A stretch of DNA of 51,216 nucleotides from Octopus bimaculoides (lineage: Eukaryota), in NCBI RefSeq assembly GCF_001194135.2, contig NC_068999.1:12402077-12453292 (forward strand), read 5' to 3'. Made by a program: the position numbers and the translations under genes. Numbering within the stretch: the stretch's first letter is position 1; every line of letters starts with the position of its first letter. Below are positions 23,791 to 36,782 of the stretch, piece by piece. The notes beneath the pieces are model-generated. The model did no database searches, was not told the DNA's origin, and worked only from the letters and a program-made list of their open reading frames with translations.

Positions 23791-26464
23791 CCTAAGCTTT
23801 GAAGGGTACATCATCGCCATTAATTTATATATGTGTATACATATATATATATACATATAAAATCAAAATAATGCACCAAGGATATCCAAAGTTAATGCAG
23901 TACGATCGTTTATATATGTATATAAGTATATATGTATATAGGTATGTGGGTATACATATATACACACATACTTATATACATATATACATACATATTTATA
24001 TACATATATACACACATACATACATACATACTTATGTACATATATGCAAATATTTTCACGTGAAGTACTATTTCAGCCTTGGATAACAGAAGCGTGTGTA
24101 ATGTAACAGACATATCTAGAGCATTGTTTCAGTGAGTAATTTATACCATGACAATTATTCATGATTTAGGGCGATGACGGGCGTTAAAAGACTATAATAT
24201 GTATGATCCTTGCGACAAAGGATGTGAATTTTATCATAATACCTGCATGCAAATCCATGTATGTCATTGGTTGTCTCTCGTCTCTCTGGAAAGAGTTTCT
24301 TACAATGCAATTGAAACAGAGAATTTGAAATCGTCTCATTATGTCGCAAGGGCCGCATCTGTTGTGAAAGGGAACAAAAATATGCATCGTGTTACAATCT
24401 GACACACGTCGCCGGATAACCCGAATACAAATAAAAACTTCGCTACAATTTAGAAATAAAATAGTAGTAACTAAAATGAATTCTGTAATATAACCGTTAC
24501 TAAAAATAGCACGACGACTTAGTTTGAATTGAAAGTATTCAGTCTCTTCTTGAATGAAATTCCTTCCTTGAACATGTGCTTTTGTTTTGCAAGAAAAATT
24601 AGACGATTAATACAGACTTTTACTCAAATAACTTTAGGCTTTCGAGACAGAGAAAGAGACAATGTGCAACATGATACATGAAGAATACCTGCAGAACACA
24701 ATAAATGAGTCACATTTTCTAAGTGACGTTTTTCAAAGACTGATACAATTCTCTTTTTCAGCCTACTGTTCTTTGGAATTGGCTGTTAGAATCTTTATTA
24801 TTCACTCTACTGATATTTGCTCGTAGAAGTCACTGGCGATGAAAGACAGAAGGAATTTATCGAGTAATGCATTGGAAATTTGCTGGAAAAAATAACAGAA
24901 CAAGAGACCAAGGTGTACTGAATAGACAGAAGATACAACTGTTTGAATAATAAATGTTAATTAAAACTGTAGGTAAAATAATCTGTTTTAAAATTTTCTT
25001 TTAGATTTTGACAGACGGAGCCGACAGAACAAAGATTAGAAAATTCGATATTCACATAGACGATGTATAGATAGCATTACAGAAACCTAAACCAACCAAC
25101 CCGAAACCAATTCGATCTTCATCTCTTACTTTCATCCAAGTCTTGATGGCAATTTATTCGTAAACTTTGAAATATCAAATAACTCACTTTGCCTTCAAAC
25201 CCATTGAGTGTTTTCTTTTAATTTACAGAAACCTTAGTTCTATGAGCGATATATATATGTGTGTCTCAAACTGTCATTCTGTCTGTCTGTCTGTCTCAGT
25301 CACTGTGTCTCACACAGTATTCACACGTACATCCTGTTTATATATATTAGATATATAGAAAACTAAATTGATATAGTTATACGTGTATGTATATATACAT
25401 ATACATACATATATATATATATATATATANNNNNNNNNNNNNNNNNNNNNNNNNNNNNNNNNNNNNNNNNNNNNNNNNNNNNNNNNNNNNNNNNNNNNNN
25501 NNNNNNNNNNNNNNNNNNNNNNNNNNNNNNNNNNNNNNNNNNNNNNNNNNNNNNNNNNNNNNNNNNNNNNNNNNNNNNNNNNNNNNNNNNNNNNNNNNNN
25601 NNNNNNNNNNNNNNNNNNNNNNNNNNNNNNNNNNNNNNNNNNNNNNNNNNNNNNNNNNNNNNNNNNNNNNNNNNNNNNNNNNNNNNNNNNNNNNNNNNNN
25701 NNNNNNNNNNNNNNNNNNNNNNNNNNNTATATGTATATACATGCATATGTGTATGTTGTGAATCGAATTATATACATCAAAATACAGTACGTAATGAGGG
25801 TCCACATGAGTCTTACTACACATATATTACAAAGCAATATAATACGCACATATATTCATGCGGACGCACACATACGTATATGGGTTTAGAAGTGAATCGG
25901 GCAACTGTTTATACAGAGCTGCTTAGTCGAATATATAAACATTGATGTCACAATACTGAACTTCAATATTAGTTCATGTTGCATAGAATATTCTCCAAAA
26001 ATATATTGCATAACATCTATTGGGCACAAGTTGTTGCAGTAAACCTTTTCGAGAATGAAACATACGAAAGGATTTTAATTATAATTTGCATATATGAGCT
26101 TCCAAACCACACCAGCGAACTGCCACAGCTAAATTTCATTTGTTGCCAAATTGGGCGGTAGAAAGATCCAGGGTGTTGGTTTAAAAAATTTTGGTGAAAG
26201 CTGTCAGTGACTCCACTCTCTATCGGAATAGTTTTCGCAGTGAAGTGTTTTGAAAATAGGGTTTTCAAATCGATCTGAAAATGTTTAAAAAAATAACTTT
26301 AAGCAAGAAAGAAAATAAATAAAATACCCGAAAATTTTCTAGTGACAGTGGTCATAAAATTCACAAGCGAATTCTCTAGAAAAACAATTACGTATGGCAC
26401 TTATAAAGACAACGTCGGGAACAACAATAATTATTTCAAATTTTTGCCACAAGGGTAGCTTGGA

Positions 26465-26612
26465 ATGAGCCAATTATATCGACCCCGGGGTTCAACTGGT
26501 ACTTATTTTATCGACCACGAATACTGAGATAAAATGTCAACTGAGATCGTAACAGCGGGCGAAATATCAATAAACATGCCGACCAGCGCGCTAACGATTC
26601 TGCGGGATCACA
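26465..26612 (-). mobile_element. SINE (GAGCTGGCAGAATCG-type family), internally deleted
   Basis: ATCGACCCCGG..AACTGGTACTTATTTTATCGACC and GCGCTAACGATTCTGC match the family reverse complement. Confidence 0.65.
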
Positions 26613-26679
26613 GTCTTGTGGACAACAAGTGATTCCGACACAAACAAGAGCAAAATAAGGTGAACAGAATATACATATC

Positions 26680-26890
26680 CAGTAATCACTCGAATACCGC
26701 GGGTGTTACGTCCCCAAACACCCCGCGATATATGAAAATCCGCGAAATAGAAATAGTACTGTACTGTATAATTTTTAAAAAATTACTTTTATAATTTGTA
26801 TATATTTATTTTATTACAACGGAGGAATCGACGTAGGTTGAAATAATAAACCGCAGGAGGTGAACAGCGATATAGCTAGGGATTAGATTA
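26680..26890. mobile_element. Tigger/pogo-like MITE
   Basis: The left end CAGTAATCACTCGAATACCGCGGG...CCGCGATATATGAAAATCCGCGAA has the Tigger-type layout. The right end GGTGAACAGCGATATAGCTAGGGATTAG is an imperfect inverted repeat of the left end. Confidence 0.55.
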
Positions 26891-26937
26891 TATATATATA
26901 TATATATATTTATACACATACATATACACACACACAT

Positions 26938-26970
<33 letters not shown>

Positions 26971-28084
26971 AATACATACATATATATATATATATATATA
27001 AATGTATATCTGTATATATATATATACACACATACACACACACACACAGTATGGGGATTTAGTTCGCGGGTGATCTAAACGATTTAAGTACGCTAGGTAA
27101 ATGCTGTAATGGATTACTGGGGCTCCAAGTTTATAGCCGAGACGGTAGTTATAGAGCCATTGCAGATTTCCGATGCAGCGGATATGTAATTGTTAAACAG
27201 GACGTGAAACATTAAGGCAAGGCAAACATCTGAAGTCATATACAATACTAATATATATATATATATANNNNNNNNNNNNNNNNNNNNNNNNNNNNNNNNN
27301 NNNNNNNNNNNNNNNNNNNNNNNNNNNNNNNNNNNNNNNNNNNNNNNNNNNNNNNNNNNNNNNNNNNNNNNNNNNNNNNNNNNNNNNNNNNNNNNNNNNN
27401 NNNNNNNNNNNNNNNNNNNNNNNNNNNNNNNNNNNNNNNNNNNNNNNNNNNNNNNNNNNNNNNNNNNNNNNNNNNNNNNNNNNNNNNNNNNNNNNNNNNN
27501 NNNNNNNNNNNNNNNNNNNNNNNNNNNNNNNNNNNNNNNNNNNNNNNNNNNNNNNNNNNNNNNNNNNNNNNNNNNNNNNNNNNNNNNNNNNNNNNNNNNN
27601 NNNNNNNNNNNNNNNNNNNNNNNNNNNNNNNNNNNNNNNNNNNNNNNNNNNNNNNNNNNNNNNNNNNNNNNNNNNNNNNNNNNNNNNNNNNNNNNNNNNN
27701 NNNNNNNNNNNNNNNNNNNNNNNNNNNNNNNNNNNNNNNNNNNNNNNNNNNNNNNNNNNNNNNGTGTGTGTGTGTGTATGAGTGTGTGTGTGTGTGTGTA
27801 TGAGTGTGTGTGTGTGTGTGTCTGTGTGTCTGTGTGTGCGTACAATATGTGGATCGTGTGATAATTCTACTGGCCAAATCCCCAGAGAATGCTAACTGAT
27901 GAAGTAATCTCTTACGACCATAAATACACGCACATGTGTGTACGTGTTTGTATTTATGCGTGTGAGTGTGTGTCTGTGTGTCTAAGCCGGTCGTATATGT
28001 ATATATGTGTATTCATAAATATAAGTGTATGGATTTGTGTGTGTGTTTGCCCGTGATACATACTTAGATATATTCTCTTATTCG

Positions 28085-28526
28085 TTTATGTTTCAGCCCC
28101 TTAGGTTGAGGCGAAGCTGGGGCATCTCCAGTTTAATCACCTTTTTAATATCCAATCGTATGTGATTGTCTTTTGGTGAAGGAGGATGTTCGACACAGCT
28201 GCTTTCTTCTGAGTCTCTTGCCTTAGTATTGAATCGTGTGAGATATTGGATAGCGAGAGGAGAAGTTGTTTCTTGTAAACATGTATCCTCACTCCATGAA
28301 GATCTCTGAAATATTTTCGCAAGTCGTTCAATAGCTGTGGGACTTGAGTCCCAAACTATTGCAGTACATTTCCCTCACGCTCTAGATGGGACAGCTTGGA
28401 CCACTGGAACTGTTCAGTAGCGTCCAATTCGAGTACTGATATAGTTCTCAATTCCAAAGTTTGGTGCGAACCTCTCTAATATTTTTCCCTTATATATCAC
28501 TGCATACCTCTCCCGTTTACGTCCAA
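28085..28526 (-). mobile_element. 5'-truncated LINE 3' end (CR1/L2-like clade)
   Basis: Minus-strand RKRERYAVIY..ILERFAPNFGIENY..YCNSLG..PQLLNDLRKYFRDLHGV..KK..RQETQKKAAVSNILLHQ, followed by a 3' UTR ending GGCTGAAAC + (A/T)-rich tail. Confidence 0.8.
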
Positions 28527-28617
28527 GATGACTGGAGGTATAACGTCGTCATCACTAGTGATCACTCCAAACACCATTATGTTGACTGGGTGTTTGATAT
28601 TTTATCACTCTCGGTAC
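28527..28617 (-). pseudogene. maT (DD37D)-like Tc1/mariner transposase fragment
   Basis: Minus-strand VPRVIK/IKHPVNIMVFGVITSDDDVIPP matches the KHPxxxMVxGxxxxxGxxMPP motif of maT-type transposases. Confidence 0.6.
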
Positions 28618-28789
28618 ATGTGTATACGTGCATTGTGTATGCATGCATGTATATATGAATGTAACTATATATGTATGCATGTAAATATATATACACACAC
28701 ATATACATATTCACACTCACATGCACACATGTATATGAATGTATATACATATGTGTGTGTGTGTGATTATATATATACCTGCAAGACAC

Positions 28790-29041
28790 GGATGTGGAGG
28801 TCTTCAAGACAAAACTCGACGCTTTCCTCTCCACGATACCAGACGAACCAATGGCTCGAAATTAGGGCAGCGATGTCAAATTGTCTTATACACCAGATGT
28901 GCCATCAACACTCTTGATTGGACTATATCATGTGCAGGAGAAGAGCCATGCAAGGAACGTGAAGAGAGCAAAGCATAAAGATAGAAAATCACGGTGGTGC
29001 TCCAGCATGACCACAGCCACTTGGCTGAAACCCCTAAATAA

Positions 29042-29045
<4 letters not shown>
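28790..29045 (+). mobile_element. 5'-truncated LINE 3' end, same family as 28085-28526
   Basis: TDVEVFKTKLDAFLSTIPDEP..RAAMSNCLIHQM, then 3' UTR GGTGCTCCAGCATGACCACAGCC..GGCTGAAAC and (TAAA)n. Confidence 0.8.
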
Positions 29046-29078
<33 letters not shown>

Positions 29079-29464
29079 TATGTATGTATATATATATATC
29101 CATATACATGTGCAGAGAAACATACAAGCTCAAACACTCGTATATATGTCTTTCAGAAACATGGTACATGGTTATTCGTAAAATAATTGCGTGCAAACAT
29201 TTTAAATCCATTCAAATATGTAAAGAGAAATATAAAGCATATCTGAAAAGTAAGCTCGTGCACCAACGCTAAATTTAGCCCTTTTGTACATACACGCACC
29301 TGCTAAGCAAACCGTTATTTTTATTCATTCTTGTATGATCCCTAAAATAGTTGAAAAAATAATTTATATCGTATAAGAAATTAATATATTTAAAGAATTT
29401 TCTGAAGAAAACATCTAACCACAAAACATTGTCATTTGAATATGAAGCATTTTACACATAAATC

Positions 29465-30608
29465 TACGATGGTTTGCTGAGCATTTCATAGGCTGACTAT
29501 TAGAATTGTGAAACTTTGCATGCGTTCATTTCAATCCTTATTATTGCTTTTTTTTTTCTTCAGGTAAAATGACATCTGACTGTTGAAAGATTTTTTCAAA
29601 AGTAACTTGTAGCGACTTCTCTTGAAAATGCACAATATTTGGCAAATTCACGTTGACAACCACGTACATGAAAAGGGTTCTACTCCCAACGGCATTCATG
29701 CTGACATGGTTGATACACTAGAGGATAAAATTCCAGATATGAGAGAGGAATAGTGATTCTTGAAGAAGATGCAGGCTTTGGACGCCTTGAATCTGCCACC
29801 ACCGGGTAGATTATTGATCGTATTCACTACAGGGTGATGGATGACAAGTGACTGACTATAAATCAAATAGTCAGTGTTATTAGCATATCCTGTGAGATAG
29901 TTGAGGGTATTTTTCTCAATGAAGTTAGCATGACAAAGGGTTCTACTGAATGGCTGCTATGTATTCTGGCACCTGATCAAAAGCACAACAGGATTATCAC
30001 AGTACCGGGAAAATCTCCAGATATAGCCGATTCTCTTGGATGATTTCTAACCCGTGATGAGCGTTAAGTATTTCACTTAGGCCCAGAGACAAAATGATAA
30101 TCCTTGCACTAGAGACGCCCGCTCTTGACCTATGATAGAGAAGGCCAAAGTTGCTTCATCTGCGGGGAAGGTCACCGCCTCAGGTTTTTGGGATACGAAA
30201 GAACTGTGTTTATTACCTGTCTTCACAAAGGCTACACCGATTATGGATACGTCTGTGCTGAATTGCTGAGGCAGTCCCCGGTTCCAAATTTTAGTGTACG
30301 ATATTGCGTCTTTGAACTCATTTATCATATTCACTACACTCTAAATTTGGTCGATTCTGACTACCAGCTTTTCCTGAAGATGAAGAAATAGCATCTGACT
30401 GAGGACTATTATCGCAGTGAGGATAACGTCATGTCCGTTGTTGATGACATTTTCATTAACCTGACGATCGGCTTTTCATCGAAGTGATCCCGGCACTGTA
30501 GCAATGAAGGAAGAAGTGTAAGGGGTAATATGTTGAAATAAAAACTCATTCAATCAAATAACAGACAATATCTTGGGCAGCGTATCATCTTTTCACCTGA
30601 TCCTCGTA
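29465..30608 (+). mobile_element. Mariner-family DNA transposon, TIR-bounded, internally deleted and inactive
   Basis: Left end TACGATGGTTTGCTGAGCATTTCATAGGCTGAC versus right-end reverse complement TACGAGGATCAGGTGAAAAGATGATACGCTGCC. Peptides HMKGSTPNGIHADMVDTL, FLTRDE..GPETK, KAKV..SAGKV.AS.FWD and FELI.H..Y..NL..SDYQLF.KMKK. The region around the second catalytic D is missing. Confidence 0.9.
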
Positions 30609-30719
30609 TAAACAATTTTACATCCAACATTATGATTGATATAGCAAGCTGCTATCATTTCTAGCAGACGGAGTATCCAGTACTGAGGAATGGCAGACAT
30701 AACTAGAAACCAGGATCGG

Positions 30720-30764
<45 letters not shown>

Positions 30765-31056
30765 GTTCCATAGTTCCCATCTCGGTACGCGCTTATCCAC
30801 TGTACCCATTCGTTTNNNNNNNNNNNNNNNNNNNNNNNNNNNNNNNNNNNNNNNNNNNNNNNNNNNNNNNNNNNNNNNNNNNNNNNNNNNNNNNNNNNNN
30901 NNNNNNNNNNNNNNNNNNNNNNNNNNNNNNNNNNNNNNNNNNNNNNNNNNNNNNNNNNNNNNNNNNNNNNNNNNNNNNNNNNNNNNNNNNNNNNNNNNNN
31001 NNNNNNNNNNNNNNNNNNNNNNNNNNNNNNNNNNNNTATATATATATATATATATA

Positions 31057-31266
31057 TATTATTTCTTAGGCACGATACATGTTTTTATGTACTACTAATA
31101 GTTTCATATGCTGAGATATACCTCAAACATAGTCATTAGGTACACATCACATTTCTAGTTCCTAACGATACGTGGTTTGTGCTTGATGGTTATGTTTGAG
31201 GTATTTCTCAACATATGAGACTATTAGTAGGACATAAAATACATGTATTGTGTCTTTTAAATAATA
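31057..31266. repeat. ~210-bp imperfect hairpin / MITE-like inverted repeat
   Basis: 31057-31150 is the imperfect reverse complement of 31172-31266 (e.g. TACTAATAGTTTCATATGCTGAGATATACCTCAAACATA vs TATGTTTGAGGTATTTCTCAACATATGAGACTATTAGTA). Confidence 0.85.
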
Positions 31267-31361
31267 TTTATCTCTCACCAGATGGAACGTTTTTTTGCTG
31301 ACCGTACCACCCACCCAACAGTGCATTATATATAGATAAATATGTGTATGTATTGTGTGTG

Positions 31362-31392
<31 letters not shown>

Positions 31393-32186
31393 AGGTGTGT
31401 TTATAAATTTGCGTTTGAGGAAGCCTTCATTACAGAGCTATATTCACGACGAATCGAAGATTAACCTAGTTATTTCTAATTACGTGACAAAAATCTAATA
31501 ATGCTTTATTACATGCGATTGATAAAGTATTTACCAAACAATATACTGGGATGTATATTTTGCAACCTGTAAAAACAACACAGTTTGCTGCTACAGTTTG
31601 ACCTTGGGCCAATGACTGAGAGCGGTGAATTTTTATTTTAAATTAAATTCACGTTTGTTTATCCAATTGGTTTTTACATTACTTTTGCTTGAGATCGAAA
31701 ATCAATTATATTCCTGGGTCGTATTTAGATATTGAAGATTTCTAGGTGATTTGAGCTATCCGTTAACTCCTTTGGTTGCAAATGATCATTGTGTATAAGA
31801 GCACTGTAGTAACACAAGAGAAAGCTTCTATAATCTTTTCTCTACGGTTTTGTTATCATTTGAATCTATGTGTACATACACACATGAAGGCGTCATTGTG
31901 TTCTTGTGTACCTGTATGTTTAGAGTTGTGTGGTCGTGCTTGTGTGTGTGTTTGGAAGCAACAGACTAATCCATTCTTTCACCTGGCCGATCTTGCCTTT
32001 GACTCGAGGCATTTCTTAATTCAGATATGGATTTACACTTAGCTGGTTTCTTCTGGCACATTAATTTTCTCGGTTCTGCCTAATACATTATCTATGGGAA
32101 ACAAAACTTGGCTTCAAGACCAGAGGCTATTTTAGTGTGGAGCGCACTGGTATTCATTACAATTTCGAAATGTATTGCAGGAAGCG

Positions 32187-32247
32187 TATTATTATTATCA
32201 TCATTATTATCATTATTATTATTATTATTTGTAGTAGTAGTAGCAGC

Positions 32248-32309
<62 letters not shown>

Positions 32310-32310
32310 G
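32187..32310. repeat. (ATT)n + (AGT)n trinucleotide microsatellite
   Basis: Visible runs; source of the poly-T/V/S/I pseudo-ORFs. Confidence 0.95.
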
Positions 32311-34304
32311 ATTGAGGTAGTAGTAAGTTTGGAAATAAGGGATTTCGAGAATGAGACGGTAACGCATCATTATTTCTGATCTTAATTTTCAGTCTATTTT
32401 CAGTAGACTACCAAAACCATATTAACTTACATTTTTTATTTGTTGTTCAGGTCAAAGATCAACTTTGCATGAGGGCAATGTTTCCATCGATACAATCTAA
32501 CTTTATTACTGTTAATTACGATGACACTGTGGCCGCATTTTGATTCATAGATGTTGATCAATATACCTCGGCACAAAAGTGTTACACAAACATTAGACGC
32601 TAATTGTGAGTGCTGCATAATCTCGGCAATACTAGTTTTGCTCTTTTGCTGAAGGTAGGGAATTATGTAGGAGAATAAACAAATGACCTTAGATCATGAA
32701 CACATCCTCCTTTTCCGTTATAACACATCTACCCCCTAAGCTAGGTCACGTAAACGCCTGTTGAATGCAGCTAGGAGAAAGGTCATATTTGTTACAAGGA
32801 GCTGAGATATTATATTATGTTTTACCCCGCATTAATGAAGATACATGTGGCATTTTCAGTTGTTGTTTTTCCTCACTCTTATTAGTAATTAACGTAGCAA
32901 GTGAGGAAGATATAAAAAAAAATTACAAAAGCATTTATAGGTGTGTGTGTGTGTGAGCGTTTGCGCGCGCTCACACTTAAAATTTTCGATTTGCGATAAA
33001 GCAAGAAAGCAAGCTGAGATGATGCATCACACATCTTTCTGTAGAGTGTCGACAAATGCGATGGGAAACATAAGATAGTAATTGGTAATGGTTGTGACTT
33101 TAATCGTTCGCTTCGTATTGTGTAGAGGGAGAGAGGGATCACAGATATCTCTAGAAAGAACAGTTTTCGTGTCAGCAATCTAGAACTAATAATCTCTACT
33201 GAAGTAAGAGAAAACCAGGCGCCTATTGTCTATTGTGGATGAGAGAAGATATAACACAGGATTGGTAGGGTAGTGTAGAAATCCCAGCAGTTATTATGTT
33301 GAAGTAATATGTAGTTGATACCGTAGAAGCTTGAAAGGCGGAGAAAGAGTGAGAAGGGGAGAGAGGGAGGGGAATGATGAGATAGGATGAGTGAGAAGAG
33401 AGGGTGAGAGAGATGATGAATTGAGAGAGGGAAATAAAGCAAGATACTAAAAGGACAAGTAAGAACGAAAGGGAATGCCGGAGAGGAGTGAAAAAACAAA
33501 ATTCTATTTTCCAAGTAGCGAAGGAAGTGAGAGGCTTAGAGAAGAGTGATAGAACAAGTCAATGGCCAAGCGAAAAAAGGAATTTGGGGAAAGACATGAG
33601 AATGATCAGGGGTCACATATGAGTGGGAAGAGAGAAAAGGGAGGTGAAAACCAGAGAAACAGAAAGCTGCAGGGAGACAATTTATTGAGTGGGTGGAAAG
33701 CAGAGCGAAAGATAAAAGAAATAAAGTAAAGCACAACACTTTCTTGTAATATAGGGTGACAAAAAGAAGGGTGCGTAGCGTTACATTAAATAAGAAGTTT
33801 CAAAAATTTAACAAACCCTCGACAAACGATTGAACGAAAATTTCACACCCGGGATATAGGACATGCTTATTTGTCGTCAGTTATCGCCTAATAATTATTA
33901 CAATTTCACGCTCTTATCGATAACATTGTTCATTTTCGGTGCTCTCAAGAGCGAAAATCTCCTTGAAATTATGAGCGAACGTTGGTTACAGAAATGGAAA
34001 CAAACACGACACAAGTAGGGTGTGAATATAAATATACAAACGAAATATAGCATACGATATACAAATCCGTACAATTACATTGAGTAGCATAATTAACATG
34101 ACAGTGCATCTTACTGCATATTATAACGATTTATTAATTTCTCCTTTATAATATAGCAGATCACCACTTATGTAGCTGCTTAGATTGTAAAGAATAATCT
34201 TCATAATTGCAAACTGGTGACGTTTAAAGAGAGAATACTAATTATTATTCGGGCATTCTTGAGACATGTATTTTCTCAGTATTATTTATTTAAAAGAGTA
34301 AAAC

Positions 34305-34495
34305 ATCGAGCTGGCAGAATCGTAGCACGCCGGACGAAATGCTTGAGGTATTTCGCTAGTCGCTACATTCTGAATTGAAATTCCGCCGGGGACGACTTTA
34401 ACTTTCGGGATCGATAAATTAAGTACTAGTTGAGTACTGGGGTCGAAGTAATCGACTATTCCCCTCCCTTAAATTTCAGGCCTTGTGCCTATAAT
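34305..34495 (+). mobile_element. SINE (GAGCTGGCAGAATCG-type family)
   Basis: GAGCTGGCAGAATCGTAGCACGCCGGACGAAATGC..CTGAATTGAAATTCCGCC..GGGTCGAAGTAATCGACT..CAGGCCTTGTGCCTATA. Confidence 0.8.
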
Positions 34496-35569
34496 TGAAA
34501 TGATAATTTATTCAAGGGAGTGTGCTATAGTACCAGTTTGCTAAAAGAGATTTTGGAATATTTCAATGTCCACCATTTTCCAACGATTTTTAAAATGAAT
34601 TCGTTCTGTTATATTATACATTTAATTCTTCAACATCTATTTTGCTTGACCTACTAGAGTTCCAACGTGGCAAATATTAGGGTACGATGAAGGGGGACAA
34701 CTCATAAAAATAATCACAACTTATAAACATTTTCCGATATTTTCAGAATACAAAAACTTATTGAAATATGAAAGCATAAACAAGCATCACTGATTATAAG
34801 ATGCAGAAGTCAGAAGTGAATGAACAACAATACAAAGCTTAAGTGATATTAATGTATACCCTTGCGACTACAACAACAACGCATATTTTCCAAGCATTAC
34901 CTGCCGCAAGGAATCATTGGGCGTTGGTCACTCGGAGGAAATAATCGAACTAGGGATGTGTAAACAACAAAGCGTATGAATATTTCTTCGCGTGGAAAAG
35001 GATTTGACTATGTGATATATTTGCTTTTCAAAAACATACCTTCCTGTATTCCATTACCTTTCTGTCCTCACGTAGATACGCGCACACATAAGCATTGCCA
35101 CAAGTTTTGTATCTATTCACATAAAGCATATACTGTGTTGTGAGTTTGCCCAATTATCACCAGTCAAAGTGAAAGGAGTGTATTCTGTTATTGAACATAA
35201 TTTTCATTTGCATAGCGATTTGGAGCAGTATAAGAAATGTTTTTAGTTACAGTTTCGTCAAGAGAAATTATAGAGATTATGTGAGTGATCTGAGGTAGAA
35301 AATAAAGGTATAAGGAAATACATTAGGAACTCTTTTTTGTATTGTCATTATTGTTTGCATCATATATATATATATATANNNNNNNNNNNNNNNNNNNNNN
35401 NNNNNNNNNNNNNNNNNNNNNNNNNNNNNNNNNNNNNNNNNNNNNNNNNNNNNNNNNNNNNNNNNNNNNNNNNNNNNNNNNNNNNNNNNNNNNNNNNNNN
35501 NNNNNNNNNNNNNNNNNNNNNNNNNNNNNNNNNNNNNNNNNNNNNNNNNNNNNNNNNNNNNNTATATAT

Positions 35570-35850
35570 GCACTGGATTACAATATGACAGTCAATACAA
35601 TGAAAATACAGGGAGGTTGGCCATTCTATAAATATCTGATAAACTGTAGAAGAAATGCTGTCCAAAATGATATCAGTAACCTTAGTAATGTAGACAAATA
35701 CGTCATCAAAAAATTTTCAACCAACAAAACAGAATTTCAGAAACACAGACTATGATAATGAAAGAGACAGCTTCAGGCATAAACACATTTGTACAATGGC
35801 AGACAGGAAAGAATAATGTTTGAAAGAATAATGCTGGAAAGAAGAAGTAA
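35570..35850 (+). mobile_element. Possible Penelope-like GIY-YIG remnant
   Basis: YDSQYNENTGRLAI..SD resembles CxxxYIGETGRxLxxRxxEH, and downstream TDYDNER-like and NNAGK-like segments follow. Heavily frameshifted. Confidence 0.35.
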
Positions 35851-36689
35851 CAATGTATACAAAAAAGCTAATAACACTGCCAACAAAAACAGTCCGCATT
35901 TTTCAAACACCGTTGGTCAAAAGAGCGGCTTAGTTTCAGCCAACTGAATTAAGATGTGATTAAATAAATAGTTTATAATCTGACTAATTATTGTATAGAA
36001 GAAAAATAAATAAATTTGTCAGTGATAAAAAGAATGAATAAATGTGTATTCCCAGGAGTATATATGTATGGAATAAAGAAGTACTTTAGTTAAGAGACAA
36101 GATGTGATAGAATAGTGATTCACTTGGATGTGACAAAACGGAATACAGAAGAGAATATCTATCGAGGGATAAAAACATGGGATCCAAGTCACACGAATTT
36201 TACAATTTTGCTCAGCAAAACGGGGATTTTGAACATGGGCACTGATTCTCTATCTTCGCGTTTTGGTCAGGTTTGTGGATAAATGCTGATCAGGGAATTT
36301 AATCGCAACAACAAACAGTTTATTGGAATCGGTATGGTTATGCTGGAGTCCAGATTTACTGCATCATCCTGTAATGAATATGAGGTGATGGCTGATGAAA
36401 AGTTTAGGAATTAAATATGGTATGAAATGAAGGGCGAGCAATAAACGGGTGAATACAGACAGAAAAGGCAAATAAAACATATTGGTTTCCTCGTGAAAAC
36501 GCACTGGGACCGATGGAGGGTTGAATTTCAAGGTGACCTGAAAGGACTTTACAAGCGTACCTTTTCTTTTATATTAATCCAAAATTACCGAACTAATCAA
36601 ACATTTGATTGATTGCAGGTGAAATAATTGTGTATCAGATTCTACTCCAAGCTAAGGTTTTCCTTCAATATATTGTAGAGAATGTATTT

Positions 36690-36691
<2 letters not shown>

Positions 36692-36775
<84 letters not shown>
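36692..36775. repeat. (CA)n(TA)n compound microsatellite
   Basis: Visible runs. Confidence 0.95.

Positions 36776-36782
<7 letters not shown>

Noticed and set aside
22013-24405. Short ORFs at 22013-22270 and 24155-24405
   Set aside because: No recognisable domains; lengths are expected by chance, and some may be decayed LINE sequence.
32450-32620. Segment after a TTGTTCAG acceptor, and a 60-aa minus-strand ORF
   Set aside because: All plus frames stop before a donor, and the minus ORF stops before the GTAAGT donor; no recognisable protein.
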